The notes under the pieces are model-generated. The model made no database searches. It had not been told where the DNA came from and was given only the letters and a program-made list of their open reading frames with translations. From contig JANLFV010000005.1 of NCBI GenBank assembly GCA_024653345.1, forward strand, positions 790-64,789: a stretch of DNA of 64,000 nucleotides, written 5' to 3'. Of the stretch, positions 43,021-52,560 are shown in pieces. Each line of letters starts with the position of its first letter. Position 1 is the first letter of the stretch. The position numbers and the translations under genes were made by a program. Origin of the DNA: Candidatus Acetothermia bacterium (GTDB taxonomy: Bacteria > Bipolaricaulota > Bipolaricaulia > RBG-16-55-9 > JANLFV01).

Positions 43021-44424
43021 TCAGTTCCCCGGCCTCCTTCTCACGAAGAGATGGATCGGCCGCTCCAGCCCGGCCAGGGCCGCCTCCATCAGGGCCTCGG
43101 GGAGCGTGGGATGGGGGTGGACCGTCCGGGCCAGGTCTTCCAAGGTCGCGCCGGCCTCGACCGCCAGGGCCGCCTCGCCGATCAGGCTCGAGGCCTCCGG
43201 GCCGACGATCTCCGCGCCGAGCAAGGCCTTGCTCTCAGCATCGGCGACGAGCTTGACAAAGCCTTCGGCCTCCCCCATTGCCGCCGCTCTCCCCAAAGCG
43301 GCGAAGGGGAACTTCCCCACGACGATCCTCCGGCCTTGGGCTTGGGCCTCGGCCTCGCTCAGCCCGACATAAGCCACCTCCGGATCGGTGAAGATCACCG
43401 CCGGGACGGCCTTGAAGGGGGCCGTCGGGAGGCCGGCGAGCGCCTCGGCCGCGAGGAGCCCCTCATGGGAGGCCTTATGGGCCAGCATTGGCGGGCCGGC
43501 CGCATCCCCGATGGCGAAGATCCGGGGGTTGCTCGTCCGGAATCGCCCGTCCACTCTGATGAAGCCCCTCTCGGTGAGCTCGACCCCGGCCTCCTCCAGC
43601 CCCAGCGCGGCGGTGTTCGGCCCCCGGCCCACGGCCTGGAGGATCTTCTCTGCCTCAAGCCTCTGCTCGCCCTCGGGGGTCTCGACGAGCAGCTCCGCCC
43701 CTAAGCGGCCCCGCCGGAGCCCCTTGGCCTTGGCCCTCAAGAGGACCCCCACTCCGAGCCCGCGGAGCCGCCGCTCGACCGGCCGCACAAGCTCGGCGGG
43801 CACGCCCGGGAGGAGTTGGTCCATTATCTCCACGACCGTCACCTTGCTCCCGAGCTTGGCATAGAGAGTCCCCAGCTCGAGCCCGATATAGCCCCCGCCG
43901 ATCACGATTAGGGCCGCGGGCACCTCCCGAAGGGCCAGGGCATCGGTCGAATCGAGGACCAGCTCATGGTCGAACTCCAGGCCGGGGAGCTCCAGAGGCC
44001 GCGAGCCCGGAGCAACAATACAATGCCCAAACTCGATGGTCTCCCCCTCGGGGCCCTCGAGCTCGGCCGCCTTTTCGGAGATGAACGAGGCCCGGCCCTG
44101 GATCACCCTCACGCCGTTGGCCGCGAGGAGCTTGGCGATCCCCTCCCGAAGGCGGGCGACCACCCCTTCCTTCCAAGACTGGAGCCTCCCCAGGTCCAAG
44201 TGGAGGCCCTCGACGGAGATGCCGAGCGGCTCGAGCTCGGGGATCTTATGGTAGAGATTGGCGGCATGGATGAGGGCCTTGGAGGGGATGCAGCCGACAT
44301 TCAGGCAGACCCCGCCGAGCCGGTCCTGCTCGATGAGCGTCACTTCTTTCCCGAGCTGGGCGGCCCGGATGGCCGCGACATAGCCTCCCGGCCCGCCGCC
44401 GACGATCAGGAGCTCGGTCTTCAT
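43021..44424 (-). CDS. lpdA: dihydrolipoyl dehydrogenase (E3)
   Basis: [24 protein letters not shown] motif, redox disulfide [21 protein letters not shown]. Confidence 0.95.
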   Translation of the reverse strand: MKTELLIVGGGPGGYVAAIRAAQLGKEVTLIEQDRLGGVCLNVGCIPSKALIHAANLYHKIPELEPLGISVEGLHLDLGRLQSWKEGVVARLREGIAKLLAANGVRVIQGRASFISEKAAELEGPEGETIEFGHCIVAPGSRPLELPGLEFDHELVLDSTDALALREVPAALIVIGGGYIGLELGTLYAKLGSKVTVVEIMDQLLPGVPAELVRPVERRLRGLGVGVLLRAKAKGLRRGRLGAELLVETPEGEQRLEAEKILQAVGRGPNTAALGLEEAGVELTERGFIRVDGRFRTSNPRIFAIGDAAGPPMLAHKASHEGLLAAEALAGLPTAPFKAVPAVIFTDPEVAYVGLSEAEAQAQGRRIVVGKFPFAALGRAAAMGEAEGFVKLVADAESKALLGAEIVGPEASSLIGEAALAVEAGATLEDLARTVHPHPTLPEALMEAALAGLERPIHLFVRRRPGN

Positions 44425-45296
44425 CGGCGTCTGGCCTTCTTGAAGAGCTCCCCGGCGCGGTAGGAGCTCCGGACCAGCGGCCCGGCGGCCACGGCCAGGA
44501 AGCCCAGCTCCTCCCCTAAGCGGGCATAGCGCTCGAACCGCTCGGGCGGGAGGTATTCCCGGACCTCGAGGTGCCGCTTCGTCGGCTGGAGATACTGCCC
44601 GAGCGTGAGGAAATCGACCCCCGCATCCCGGAGGTCCCGCATCGCCTCCAAGACCTCCTCTTCGGTCTCCCCCAGCCCGAGCATGAGCGAGGACTTCGTG
44701 TAGATCGAGGGCTCGAGCCGCTTGATCTCCGCTAAGACCTCGAAGGATTGCCGATAGCCCGCCCGGCGGTCCCGGACGAGCGGGGTGAGCCGCGCGACCG
44801 TCTCGATGTTGTGGCCGACTACATCCGGTCCGGCCTCCACGACCCTCTTGAGGGACTCGATGTCGCCCTGGAAGTCGGGGATGAGGACCTCGACCGAGGA
44901 GGCGCAGCCTCCCCTTTTGATCGCCTCGACCGTCTTGGCGAAGTGCGCGGCCCCGCCGTCAGGGAGGTCGTCCCGGCTCACTGAAGTGAGCACAACATAG
45001 TCTAGGCCCCACTCGGCCACCGCTTGGGCCACCTTCTCGGGCTCCTCCGGGTCCGGAGGCTCGGGCCGGCCCTTGGCCACGGCACAGAAGCGGCAGCCGC
45101 GGGTGCAGACCTCCCCGAGGAGCATGATCGTGGCCGTCCCACTTCCCCAGCACTCATCGATGTTCGGGCAGTGGGCCCCCTCGCAGACCGTGTGGAGCCC
45201 GAAGCGGCGGAGGGCCCCCTTGATCCGAGCATAACCCCCTCGCCCCGGTGGGCGGACCTTGAGCCAGGCCGGCTTCCGCCTGGCAGCGGTTGGCAT
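44421..45296 (-). CDS. lipA: lipoyl synthase
   Basis: CEGAHCPN and radical-SAM [10 protein letters not shown] motifs. 4-nt overlap with lpdA. Confidence 0.95.
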   Translation of the reverse strand: MPTAARRKPAWLKVRPPGRGGYARIKGALRRFGLHTVCEGAHCPNIDECWGSGTATIMLLGEVCTRGCRFCAVAKGRPEPPDPEEPEKVAQAVAEWGLDYVVLTSVSRDDLPDGGAAHFAKTVEAIKRGGCASSVEVLIPDFQGDIESLKRVVEAGPDVVGHNIETVARLTPLVRDRRAGYRQSFEVLAEIKRLEPSIYTKSSLMLGLGETEEEVLEAMRDLRDAGVDFLTLGQYLQPTKRHLEVREYLPPERFERYARLGEELGFLAVAAGPLVRSSYRAGELFKKARRR

Positions 45297-45303
45297 CAGC
45301 TTC

Positions 45304-45699
45304 TCAGCCGACCTTGACCTCCTTGGCCGACTGCCACAGCCCGTGGATGTTGCAGAACGCCAGGGCGTAGAGCGTCCCGGACTTGGCGGTCTTGAACGAG
45401 GTCGAGACCTCGTGGTGGGTATAGATCGAGCTCGTGTCCGGCCCCTCGGTCGATTCGCCGTGGGCGGCGAACTCGAAGTGCCCGAGCTGGTAGGTGAACT
45501 TCTCCCCCTCGGGGTGGAAGAAGAGCTCGATCCAGCGGATGTGATGGGCTGTGGTATTGGGGTGCGCGATCTCCTTCCCCAGGCTCACCTTCACTTGAAC
45601 GAGCTCGTTCGCCTTCACCTTCTCGGGGCACTCGATGACCGGGACATGCTTCTCCTTCTTCCAGTCGGCCTCCTGGATGTGTTCGGCAAATTTGACCAT
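45304..45699 (-). CDS. sor: superoxide reductase (1Fe-SOR, neelaredoxin-type)
   Basis: EKHVPVIE and CNIHGLW motifs. 131 aa. Confidence 0.9.
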   Translation of the reverse strand: MVKFAEHIQEADWKKEKHVPVIECPEKVKANELVQVKVSLGKEIAHPNTTAHHIRWIELFFHPEGEKFTYQLGHFEFAAHGESTEGPDTSSIYTHHEVSTSFKTAKSGTLYALAFCNIHGLWQSAKEVKVG

Positions 45700-45703
45700 C
45701 GGC

Positions 45704-46375
45704 TCACCTCCTCCCCTCGAGCCTCTTGTGGCAGAACCACCAGTCGTAGCACTCCACCTTCCCGGCCTTGGCCTCCTCGAGACGCTTCTTAGCCCCCTCC
45801 TCTGAGGAGGGCGGGGGGACGATCACTCGGTCCTTGAGGAACTCATTCTCCGGCCAGCCGGCGGGGAGAGCCACCTTCTCCCGATCGGCGGTCTGGAGGG
45901 CCCGGAGGAGCCGGAGGATCTCGTCCATATTCCGCCCGACATTGAGGGGGTAGTAGATGATCGCTCGGATGAGCCCCTCAGGGTCGATGAGGAAGACCGC
46001 TCGGACGGTCTGGGCCTCCGCGGCCCCAGGATGGAGCATCCCATAGAGCTCCCCGATCTTGCCGGTATTGTCGGCGATGATCGGGAAGGGGATCTCTACC
46101 CCCAACTTCTCCTTGATCCACTCGACCCACTTGATGTGGGAGAAGACCTGGTCGATCGAGAGGCCCAAGAGCTCGGCCCCCAGGGCCTTGAACTGCTCAT
46201 AGCGCTTGGCGAAGGCCACAAATTCGGTGGTGCAGACCGGGGTATAATCGGCGGGATGAGAGAAGAGGACCACCCACTTCCCCTTGTAATCCTTGGGGAA
46301 GTCGAGCGGCCCGTGGGTAGTCCTCGCCTGGAAGGCTGGTGCCGGATCGCCGATCAATGGCAAGCACTTCTCCAT
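45704..46375 (-). CDS. peroxiredoxin (Prx6 / 1-Cys-type AhpC-TSA family)
   Basis: [14 protein letters not shown] peroxidatic Cys motif. 223 aa. Confidence 0.9.
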   Translation of the reverse strand: MEKCLPLIGDPAPAFQARTTHGPLDFPKDYKGKWVVLFSHPADYTPVCTTEFVAFAKRYEQFKALGAELLGLSIDQVFSHIKWVEWIKEKLGVEIPFPIIADNTGKIGELYGMLHPGAAEAQTVRAVFLIDPEGLIRAIIYYPLNVGRNMDEILRLLRALQTADREKVALPAGWPENEFLKDRVIVPPPSSEEGAKKRLEEAKAGKVECYDWWFCHKRLEGRR

Positions 46376-46379
46376 CCGC

Positions 46380-46880
46380 TCACCTCCTCGCCCTCGTTCT
46401 CCCCCTGGCCCTTGCTGCTCGCCTCTTCGGCCGCTCCGCCGCCTCCGCTGCTGCCCCTGCTCCCGCCTCCTGCAGGAGGGTCCCGAACTCGTTGTGGTGC
46501 TCCTCCTCGTCCTCGAGGATCCCGCGGAACATGTGGGCGGTCGTCACATCCCCTTCCTTCTCCGCTAGGGCGATGATCTCCTTATACATCGCGATCGCCT
46601 CCTCCTCGGCCTTCAGGTCGAGCTGGAGCATCTCCTTCCACTCCTCCCCGACGGTGATCGGGGCCGGCTTGGTCGTGGGGACCCCGCCCAGATAGTCCAC
46701 CCGCTCGGCGATCGCCTCGGCGTGCTTCATCTCGGTGATGGCGGTGGCCCGGAAGACCCCCCCGATCGCGGCCGCATGGGGCCCGGCGATCCGGACATGC
46801 TGCCACATATACTGGATCGAGACCTGGAGCTCCCGCGCGATCGCCTCGTTCAGCATCTCCAGCAGCTTCTTCGATGCCAT
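46380..46880 (-). CDS. bfr: bacterioferritin-like ferritin-superfamily protein with Arg-rich C-terminal tail
   Basis: [32 protein letters not shown] and ILEDEEEH give Bfr-like ExxH ligands. The tail [17 protein letters not shown] is unusual. Confidence 0.7.
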   Translation of the reverse strand: MASKKLLEMLNEAIARELQVSIQYMWQHVRIAGPHAAAIGGVFRATAITEMKHAEAIAERVDYLGGVPTTKPAPITVGEEWKEMLQLDLKAEEEAIAMYKEIIALAEKEGDVTTAHMFRGILEDEEEHHNEFGTLLQEAGAGAAAEAAERPKRRAARARGRTRARR

Positions 46881-46948
46881 CCTGACCTCCTTGATATGTT
46901 GGACTCTGCTCAGCCCAGTCTAGTCAAGACCTGCCCCGGCCGTCAAAA

Positions 46949-47452
46949 TCAGAAGACCTTGAACTTCTCCCGCGCGGCCCCGCAGACGGGGCAGCGGTCG
47001 GGGGCCTCCCCCTCGACGGTATAGCCGCAGACGGGGCAGATGTAGACCTTCCCGAGCCGGAGGTCCTTCCCGCCCGCCAGGGCCTGCTTGGCCTTTTGAT
47101 ACATCCCGGCGTGGATCTTCTCCGCCTCGAGGGCGTAATGGGTCGAGCGGACCGCCCCTTGCTCGTTCTGGAGCTCAGCCACCTTGTTGTAGGCGGGATA
47201 CATCTCCTCGACCTCGAAGGTCTCGCCGTCGATCGCCGTCTGGAGGTTCCCCGTCGTCTCCTTGATCCCGCCGAGTTCACGATAGTGGTTGGTGGCGTGG
47301 ACCTGCTCGGCATAGGCGATGGCCCGGAAGAGCCGGGCCACATTGGGATAGCCCTCCTCTTCCGCTCGCTCGGCGAAGATCAGGTAGCGCATGTGGGCCA
47401 TGCTCTCCCCAGCGAAGGCGCTGTTCAGGTTCTGCTCGGTGATCTTGTGCAT
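46949..47452 (-). CDS. rbr: rubrerythrin
   Basis: Diiron ExxH pairs plus a C-terminal rubredoxin-like CPVCG...CPVCG. Confidence 0.9.
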   Translation of the reverse strand: MHKITEQNLNSAFAGESMAHMRYLIFAERAEEEGYPNVARLFRAIAYAEQVHATNHYRELGGIKETTGNLQTAIDGETFEVEEMYPAYNKVAELQNEQGAVRSTHYALEAEKIHAGMYQKAKQALAGGKDLRLGKVYICPVCGYTVEGEAPDRCPVCGAAREKFKVF

Positions 47453-47464
47453 CTTTACCTCCTT

Positions 47465-48658
47465 TCATTCAGATCCTTTCAGCACCCGCTCGGCCACGGC
47501 CCGGCCGAGGGCCGCGCCCTGCTCTAATTCCGCCTCGGTCGGGCGGCCGTTGAATTCGACGACCGGCCCGACCAACTCCCACTTCAGCTCTTCGATAATG
47601 CTTCTCATCGCCTTCACGGCCCCGCCGGACCAGCCGAAGGAGCCGAAGAGGCCGACGAGCCTGTGCTGGAGCCGCTTCCGCTGGGCCAGGCGCAGGAATT
47701 GCTCGATCGGGACGAAGACCCCGCCGTCGTAGGTCGGGGCCCCCAGAATCAGCGCCTTGTAGCGCCAGGTCTCGGCCAGGAGGAAGCTGGGGTGAGTCCG
47801 GGAGGCATCCATCACCCGCAGCGGCGCGCCTTTGGCGATCACCCCGCGGGCGACGCGCTCGGCCAAGAGCTCAGTGTCGCCATACATCGAGCCGTAAATA
47901 AGGACGACGCCGGGCTCGCCCTCCATCCGGCTCCAGCGGTCGTAGAGCCCGACGATCCTGCTCGGATCTTTCCGCCAGACCGGGCCGTGCGAGGGGGCGA
48001 TGGTCCGGATCTCGAGGCCCTTGAGCCTCTGGATCGCCCTTTGGGTGGGATTGGTATACATCCCGACGATGTTAGAAAAATAGCGGAGGCTCTCGGGCTC
48101 ATATCGGGCGAGGTCCAGCTCATAGTCGAAGAGCCCCCCGTCCAGGGCCCCGAAGCCGCCGAAGGCGTCCCCGGAGAAGAGAATCTTCTCCTCCGGCAGG
48201 TAGGTCATCATCGTCTCCGGCCAGTGGACGAACGGGGTCTCATAAAAGATGAGGCTATGCCTCCCCAGGCTGAGCTTCTGGCCGTCCCAAACGGGCTCGA
48301 ACCCCTCCTCAATTCCGTAGAGGGCTTTCAATAGGCCCCTGGCCTTCTCGGTCCCTAGGATCTTGAGATTCGGCGCGAGCCTCCGGATGAGCGGGAGCGC
48401 CCCGGAGTGGTCCGGCTCCATGTGGTTGACGACCAAGTAGTCGAGCTTCCCGGGATCGAGGACCTCCTCGATGTTCCGGACGAGCTCGAGGGCGAAAGGC
48501 CCCTTGACGGTGTCGATCAGGGCCACCTTCTCATCCACGATCAGGTAGGAGTTGTAGCTCACCCCTTGGGGGAGGGGCCAGACCGACTCAAAGAGGTCGG
48601 TCTCGCGGTCGTTCACCCCCACCCAGAAGATTCCCTTCGCGAGCTCGATCGCGCTCAT
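47465..48658 (-). CDS. flavodiiron protein (FprA, metallo-beta-lactamase-like + flavodoxin)
   Basis: HMEPDHSG diiron motif. C-terminal flavodoxin fold. 397 aa. Confidence 0.9.
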   Translation of the reverse strand: MSAIELAKGIFWVGVNDRETDLFESVWPLPQGVSYNSYLIVDEKVALIDTVKGPFALELVRNIEEVLDPGKLDYLVVNHMEPDHSGALPLIRRLAPNLKILGTEKARGLLKALYGIEEGFEPVWDGQKLSLGRHSLIFYETPFVHWPETMMTYLPEEKILFSGDAFGGFGALDGGLFDYELDLARYEPESLRYFSNIVGMYTNPTQRAIQRLKGLEIRTIAPSHGPVWRKDPSRIVGLYDRWSRMEGEPGVVLIYGSMYGDTELLAERVARGVIAKGAPLRVMDASRTHPSFLLAETWRYKALILGAPTYDGGVFVPIEQFLRLAQRKRLQHRLVGLFGSFGWSGGAVKAMRSIIEELKWELVGPVVEFNGRPTEAELEQGAALGRAVAERVLKGSE

Positions 48659-49116
48659 TGCCGATCCTCCTCCTTCAGGCAGTCGGCGCAGAGGCCGTAG
48701 AGCGAGAGCTGGGCCTCCTCGACTCGGTGGCCCTCGAACTCCTTCCCCGCGAGGTCCTTAAGCCCCGGCGGGGCCGCGAGGTCGAAGAGCCGGCTGCAGC
48801 GGCGGCAGCGGAAGTGGCAGTGCGGCTCGGTCTTGAGGTCATAGCGTGCGGCCTGGGGCTCGATCCGCAGCTCGGCCACCTCCCCCAGCGCTTTCAGGAC
48901 CTCCAGGGTGTTGTAGACCGTAGCCCGGGAGAGCATCGGGTAGCGCCGGGCGAGCTTCGCATAGAGCTCCTCCGCGGTCGGATGGCCCCCCTCCTCCAAG
49001 AGCTCGATGACCGCCAGCCGCTGGGGGGTGAGCTTGAACCCCGCCTCCCGCAGCCGCGCGATCAGCCGGTCTCGCTCCTCCATAGGCTCGAGTATATCCC
49101 GGATCGGGCTCGGCAT
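48655..49116 (-). CDS. perR: Fur-family peroxide-stress regulator (PerR-like)
   Basis: LTPQRLAVIELL...HPTAEELY, HCHFRCRRC...CADC. ATG 49116; the track ORF starts 31 codons upstream. Confidence 0.8.
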   Translation of the reverse strand: MPSPIRDILEPMEERDRLIARLREAGFKLTPQRLAVIELLEEGGHPTAEELYAKLARRYPMLSRATVYNTLEVLKALGEVAELRIEPQAARYDLKTEPHCHFRCRRCSRLFDLAAPPGLKDLAGKEFEGHRVEEAQLSLYGLCADCLKEEDRQ

Positions 49117-49118
49117 CT

Positions 49119-49670
49119 CTAGCACATGAACTTCGAGACGAACGGGGAGGTCTCGCCGCGCCGCATGAAGTGGCCTGATGGCCCCTCGCCGAGGAATTCG
49201 GAGAACCACGACTCGTGCTCGATCTCTTCATTGAGGATCGCCAGGGCTAGGTCATAGGTGCGATGATCCTTCCCGGCAGTCAGGTTGCAGACTTGGGTGT
49301 AGCCGCGCACGGCGCAGCGCTCCGCCTCCACCAGGACGGTGGGTATCGCCTTGATGTCCCTCGGGTCCTGGGGGAGCGTCGCCGGCGGGCAGGCGGAGAT
49401 GTCGTGGAACTCCTTCATGTCTTGCGGTAGCCTCCCGCCCAGCTCGTAGATCCGGGGGACCAGGGCCTCGAAGTGGTTCCGGTCCTCGATCCGTGCCGTC
49501 TCGGCGATCTCTTTGATCCCTTCTCCCTCCAACCCGATCAGATTGGCCCGCAGGATCGTGTAGTAGTAATAAGTAGTGAGCTCAGCCGCCGCGTTCTTCA
49601 CCAGCAACTCCAGGAGCTTATCCACATCCACTCCCGCTTTCTCGACCACCTCTCTTGCTACCTTCGCCAC
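49119..49670 (-). CDS. ferritin-like diiron-domain protein
   Basis: IEDRNHFEAL and EEIEHESWF ExxH motifs. GTG 49670 after AGGAGG; the Arg-rich stretch upstream in the track ORF is not translated. Confidence 0.6.
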   Translation of the reverse strand: MAKVAREVVEKAGVDVDKLLELLVKNAAAELTTYYYYTILRANLIGLEGEGIKEIAETARIEDRNHFEALVPRIYELGGRLPQDMKEFHDISACPPATLPQDPRDIKAIPTVLVEAERCAVRGYTQVCNLTAGKDHRTYDLALAILNEEIEHESWFSEFLGEGPSGHFMRRGETSPFVSKFMC

Positions 49671-49730
49671 TCTCGACCTCCTCGTCCTCTTCCCAGGCCG
49701 GCGAGCGCCGGTCCGGGCTAATCTGGCAGC

Positions 49731-49759
49731 ATTATAGAGTAGTAACAAATCTCTGTCAA
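49731..49759 (-). promoter_or_regulatory. perfect-consensus sigma70 promoter TTGACA-N17-TATAAT, about 55 nt upstream of the ferritin-like/perR gene string
   Basis: Minus-strand TTGACA (plus 49754-49759) and TATAAT (plus 49731-49736) with exactly 17 nt between them. Confidence 0.5.
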
Positions 49760-49793
49760 GCTGCCTTCTAAATGAGGGAAAGCCCGCTCGATC

Positions 49794-50522
49794 TCATTGG
49801 CCGCGAGTCAGGGCCTCCAGGGCTTGCCGGAAGCGATCATTCATGGCGCGGACATACTCGTCGCGCGGCAGGAGGTCGCGGCCCACTGCCGCTAGGGTCC
49901 GGTCTGCCATCTTACCGTCCCGGACGAGCTGCCGGCCTGCCTCCCCCGCGGCCTCGTAGATCTCGTCGACGGGCAGGCCGAGCCGCTTCAGCCGCGGCAA
50001 GGCCGCAGCGTAGGGGCGCAAGAGGGCTCCGGCGAACTCGACCCCCAGGTTCCGGCAGATCGCCCTCACATGCGCGATCAGCGGCTCGAAGTTGTCCAGC
50101 TCAGTGAAGCCGCAGACCGAGACGAGGACCACCTTCTGATCCGTTCGCCCGTCACGCCGCGGGTGGCGGCAGTGGCCGTCCCTGATCTCGAAGAAGGGCT
50201 CGACCAAGGGGAGGGAGCGCTCGATCAGCCGCTTCATCGTCGAGGTCATCCCGTCGACGAAGACCGGTGTGGCAAAGACAAGCAGGTCCGCGGCCTCGAG
50301 CTTGGAAAGGAGCCAGGCCATGTCGTCCTGCTGGACGCACCGTCCCGGGGTCTTGAACCAGCAGCCGAAGTCGCCGAGGCAGGGCTCGATCTTCAGCTTG
50401 TGGACATAGATGAGCTCGACCTCCGCTCCGGCCTCCTCCATCCCGTTGAGGAACGGACCGAGGATCAGCGCCGTCCCGCCCTTCTCCATCTTCGGGCTGC
50501 TGTTGAGAGCCAAGACCTTCAC
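49794..50522 (-). CDS. iron-sulfur flavoprotein / NADPH-dependent FMN reductase-like flavodoxin-family protein
   Basis: MKVLALNSSPK start. Compact Cys cluster EPCLGDFGCWFKTPGRC as in Isf proteins. Confidence 0.7.
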   Translation of the reverse strand: MKVLALNSSPKMEKGGTALILGPFLNGMEEAGAEVELIYVHKLKIEPCLGDFGCWFKTPGRCVQQDDMAWLLSKLEAADLLVFATPVFVDGMTSTMKRLIERSLPLVEPFFEIRDGHCRHPRRDGRTDQKVVLVSVCGFTELDNFEPLIAHVRAICRNLGVEFAGALLRPYAAALPRLKRLGLPVDEIYEAAGEAGRQLVRDGKMADRTLAAVGRDLLPRDEYVRAMNDRFRQALEALTRGQ

Positions 50523-50798
50523 CTGGTGCTCCTCCTCTCACGCGGCTATCTCGAGCTAATCGCTCGGGGCACAGACCAGTATCGTCGCTCACTTGAGGAA
50601 GGTCAACTTTCCCACGCGAGCGGGGCGAGGGCGCGGCAAACGAAACGCGTCTCACGGTATTGCCGATCACCGACTCTTCCCAAGGCGAGTGCTATACTCC
50701 GTTCACTAGGTCAGGCATGAATGGTGAAGTCTCTTCCTAAACGGAGAATGCGCGCTCTCCGCTCGCGCTTCCGGGCGGAGAGGCGGGAGGTGGTCTAG

Positions 50799-51191
50799 AT
50801 GCTGAAGCCGCTCGTTCTCATTCTGATCGCTGGGGTCATCTTTTTTCTGACCTTTCAGGCGACCGGGCTCGCCGCGGAAGAAGAGGCCGGGCAGGTCGAT
50901 CCGCTCATCCCCGGCCTGGCGTCATTCATCGTCCCGGGGACGGGCCAACTGCTGATCGGCGACTCGGATAAGGCCCTGGTCCACGCGATCATCGACCTCG
51001 GGGTCCTCGCGGCCGGCTGCTCCGCGGCACTCCTCTTCCCTGTCCCGCTGGTGGTCTGGGAGGTCACGGTCGTCGCCAGGCTCAGCCTGTCGACCTACAG
51101 CGCGTTGGATGCCTATTCCAGCACGAGAGAGCTGAACCGCTACCACGCGGCCCTAAGCCAGCTGATCAGCTATATGGTCCAAGAGGGCTGA
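50799..51191 (+). CDS. small membrane/secreted protein, hypothetical
   Basis: N-terminal TM/signal segment plus two more hydrophobic helices. 130 aa. Confidence 0.35.
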   Translation: MLKPLVLILIAGVIFFLTFQATGLAAEEEAGQVDPLIPGLASFIVPGTGQLLIGDSDKALVHAIIDLGVLAAGCSAALLFPVPLVVWEVTVVARLSLSTYSALDAYSSTRELNRYHAALSQLISYMVQEG

Positions 51192-51247
51192 CTCTCATCC
51201 CGAGCGCGCTCGCTCTTCGAGCGAGGCCCGTGAGAGAGCAGCTTACG

Positions 51248-51916
51248 CTAAGGCTTTCCCCCCACGGGGAGGCGGAGCCGCTCCAGGATCTCCTCCGGCC
51301 GCCACTGCCTGGTCCCGTCGAGCACCAGGGCCGCGGGATGGCCCAAGAGCCACCGATCGTGGAGCTCCTCGATCTGGCGGAGGTAGTCCAGCGTGATCCG
51401 GCTCTCCTCCTTCCGGCCCCTTGCCCTGATCCGCTCGAGGCAGACCTCGACCGGCGTGCGCAGGTAGATGATGTGGTCCGGCTGGACACAGTATTGGCTC
51501 ACGAGGAAGTCCCACAGGCCGCAATAGAGCTCCCACTCCACCTCGCTGATCGCCCCTAAGCGATGGAGGTTGGCGGCGAAGACATGCCTATCGGTGAAGA
51601 CCGACCGCTCGAGGACGACCCGAGGGTGAGCGGTCCGGCTCAGGATCTCCTGCCAGGTCTTGACCCTGGTGACGAAGGCCATGATCTGGAAGGTGAAGGC
51701 CCACCTCTCCATCTCCGCATACATCCGCTCGAGGAGGTTAGCGGCGAACCCCTCGCGCCAGAGGGAGATCGGCTCCTCGAGGAAGTCGAAGAGCCCGGAG
51801 GCCTTCATCCTCTGCCCGACGGTGCTCTTCCCCGCCCCGATGTTCCCCTCGAGGGAGAGGATGAGCCTACCCTCCCTGGCAGGTCGGGCGGCAGGTTGCA
51901 GCTCGTTCTTCAGCAT
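51248..51916 (-). CDS. deoxynucleoside kinase (dAK/dGK family)
   Basis: P-loop EGNIGAGKST, plus ERS and RITLDYL motifs. The start may be M at 51916. Confidence 0.85.
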   Translation of the reverse strand: MLKNELQPAARPAREGRLILSLEGNIGAGKSTVGQRMKASGLFDFLEEPISLWREGFAANLLERMYAEMERWAFTFQIMAFVTRVKTWQEILSRTAHPRVVLERSVFTDRHVFAANLHRLGAISEVEWELYCGLWDFLVSQYCVQPDHIIYLRTPVEVCLERIRARGRKEESRITLDYLRQIEELHDRWLLGHPAALVLDGTRQWRPEEILERLRLPVGGKP

Positions 51917-52487
51917 AGCACTGGCGGCAACGCGGTGCATAGCTCTCAGCTCCTCCGACTTTGATCACGGGTCCGTCGAGCGGGGCCGGCCTCCCGCCGA
52001 TCAGCCGCTGGGTCCTTGTGGCGAACCCGCCGCACCTGGTGCAGATGGCCGCCCGCTTCTCCACCTTATCCGCGAGGGCCAAGAGCGTCGGCATCGGCCC
52101 GAACGGCTCCCCGGCATAGGTGAGGTCCAGCCCGGCCACGATCACCCGCTTCCCCAAAGCGACCAGCTCCTCGCAGAGGGCTGGGAACCGCTCCGAGAAG
52201 AAGTTCCCCTCGTCGAAGGCCACGACATCGGCCTCGCGCAGGCTCGCCGGACCGACGATCTCCTCGAGCTTCGCGAGCGACTCCTCCCCCGGCTGGAGGA
52301 GGTAGGCCCGGACCTCCCGGCCGTCGTGGGTCACGACTGCGTCCTTGGCATACCTCGTATCGATCACGGGCTTGAAGAGGAGGGCCTTCCTCCCCGCGAG
52401 CCGGACCTGCTCGAGCCGCCAGAGCAGCTCCTCCGTCTTGCGGGAGAACATCGGGCCGGTAATGACCTCGAGGCTCCCTGCCTGCAC
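51867..52487 (-). CDS. tdk: thymidine kinase
   Basis: GPMFSRKTEEL P-loop. C-terminal Zn ribbon CTRCG...CRQCY. Confidence 0.9.
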   Translation of the reverse strand: MQAGSLEVITGPMFSRKTEELLWRLEQVRLAGRKALLFKPVIDTRYAKDAVVTHDGREVRAYLLQPGEESLAKLEEIVGPASLREADVVAFDEGNFFSERFPALCEELVALGKRVIVAGLDLTYAGEPFGPMPTLLALADKVEKRAAICTRCGGFATRTQRLIGGRPAPLDGPVIKVGGAESYAPRCRQCYAEERAATCRPTCQGG

Positions 52488-52560
52488 TCCCTCTCACCCC
52501 CATTGTCGGGAATCTAAGGTGCGGCAAGTAGCGAATTATATCCCAGCCCGCGGCGAGGGT

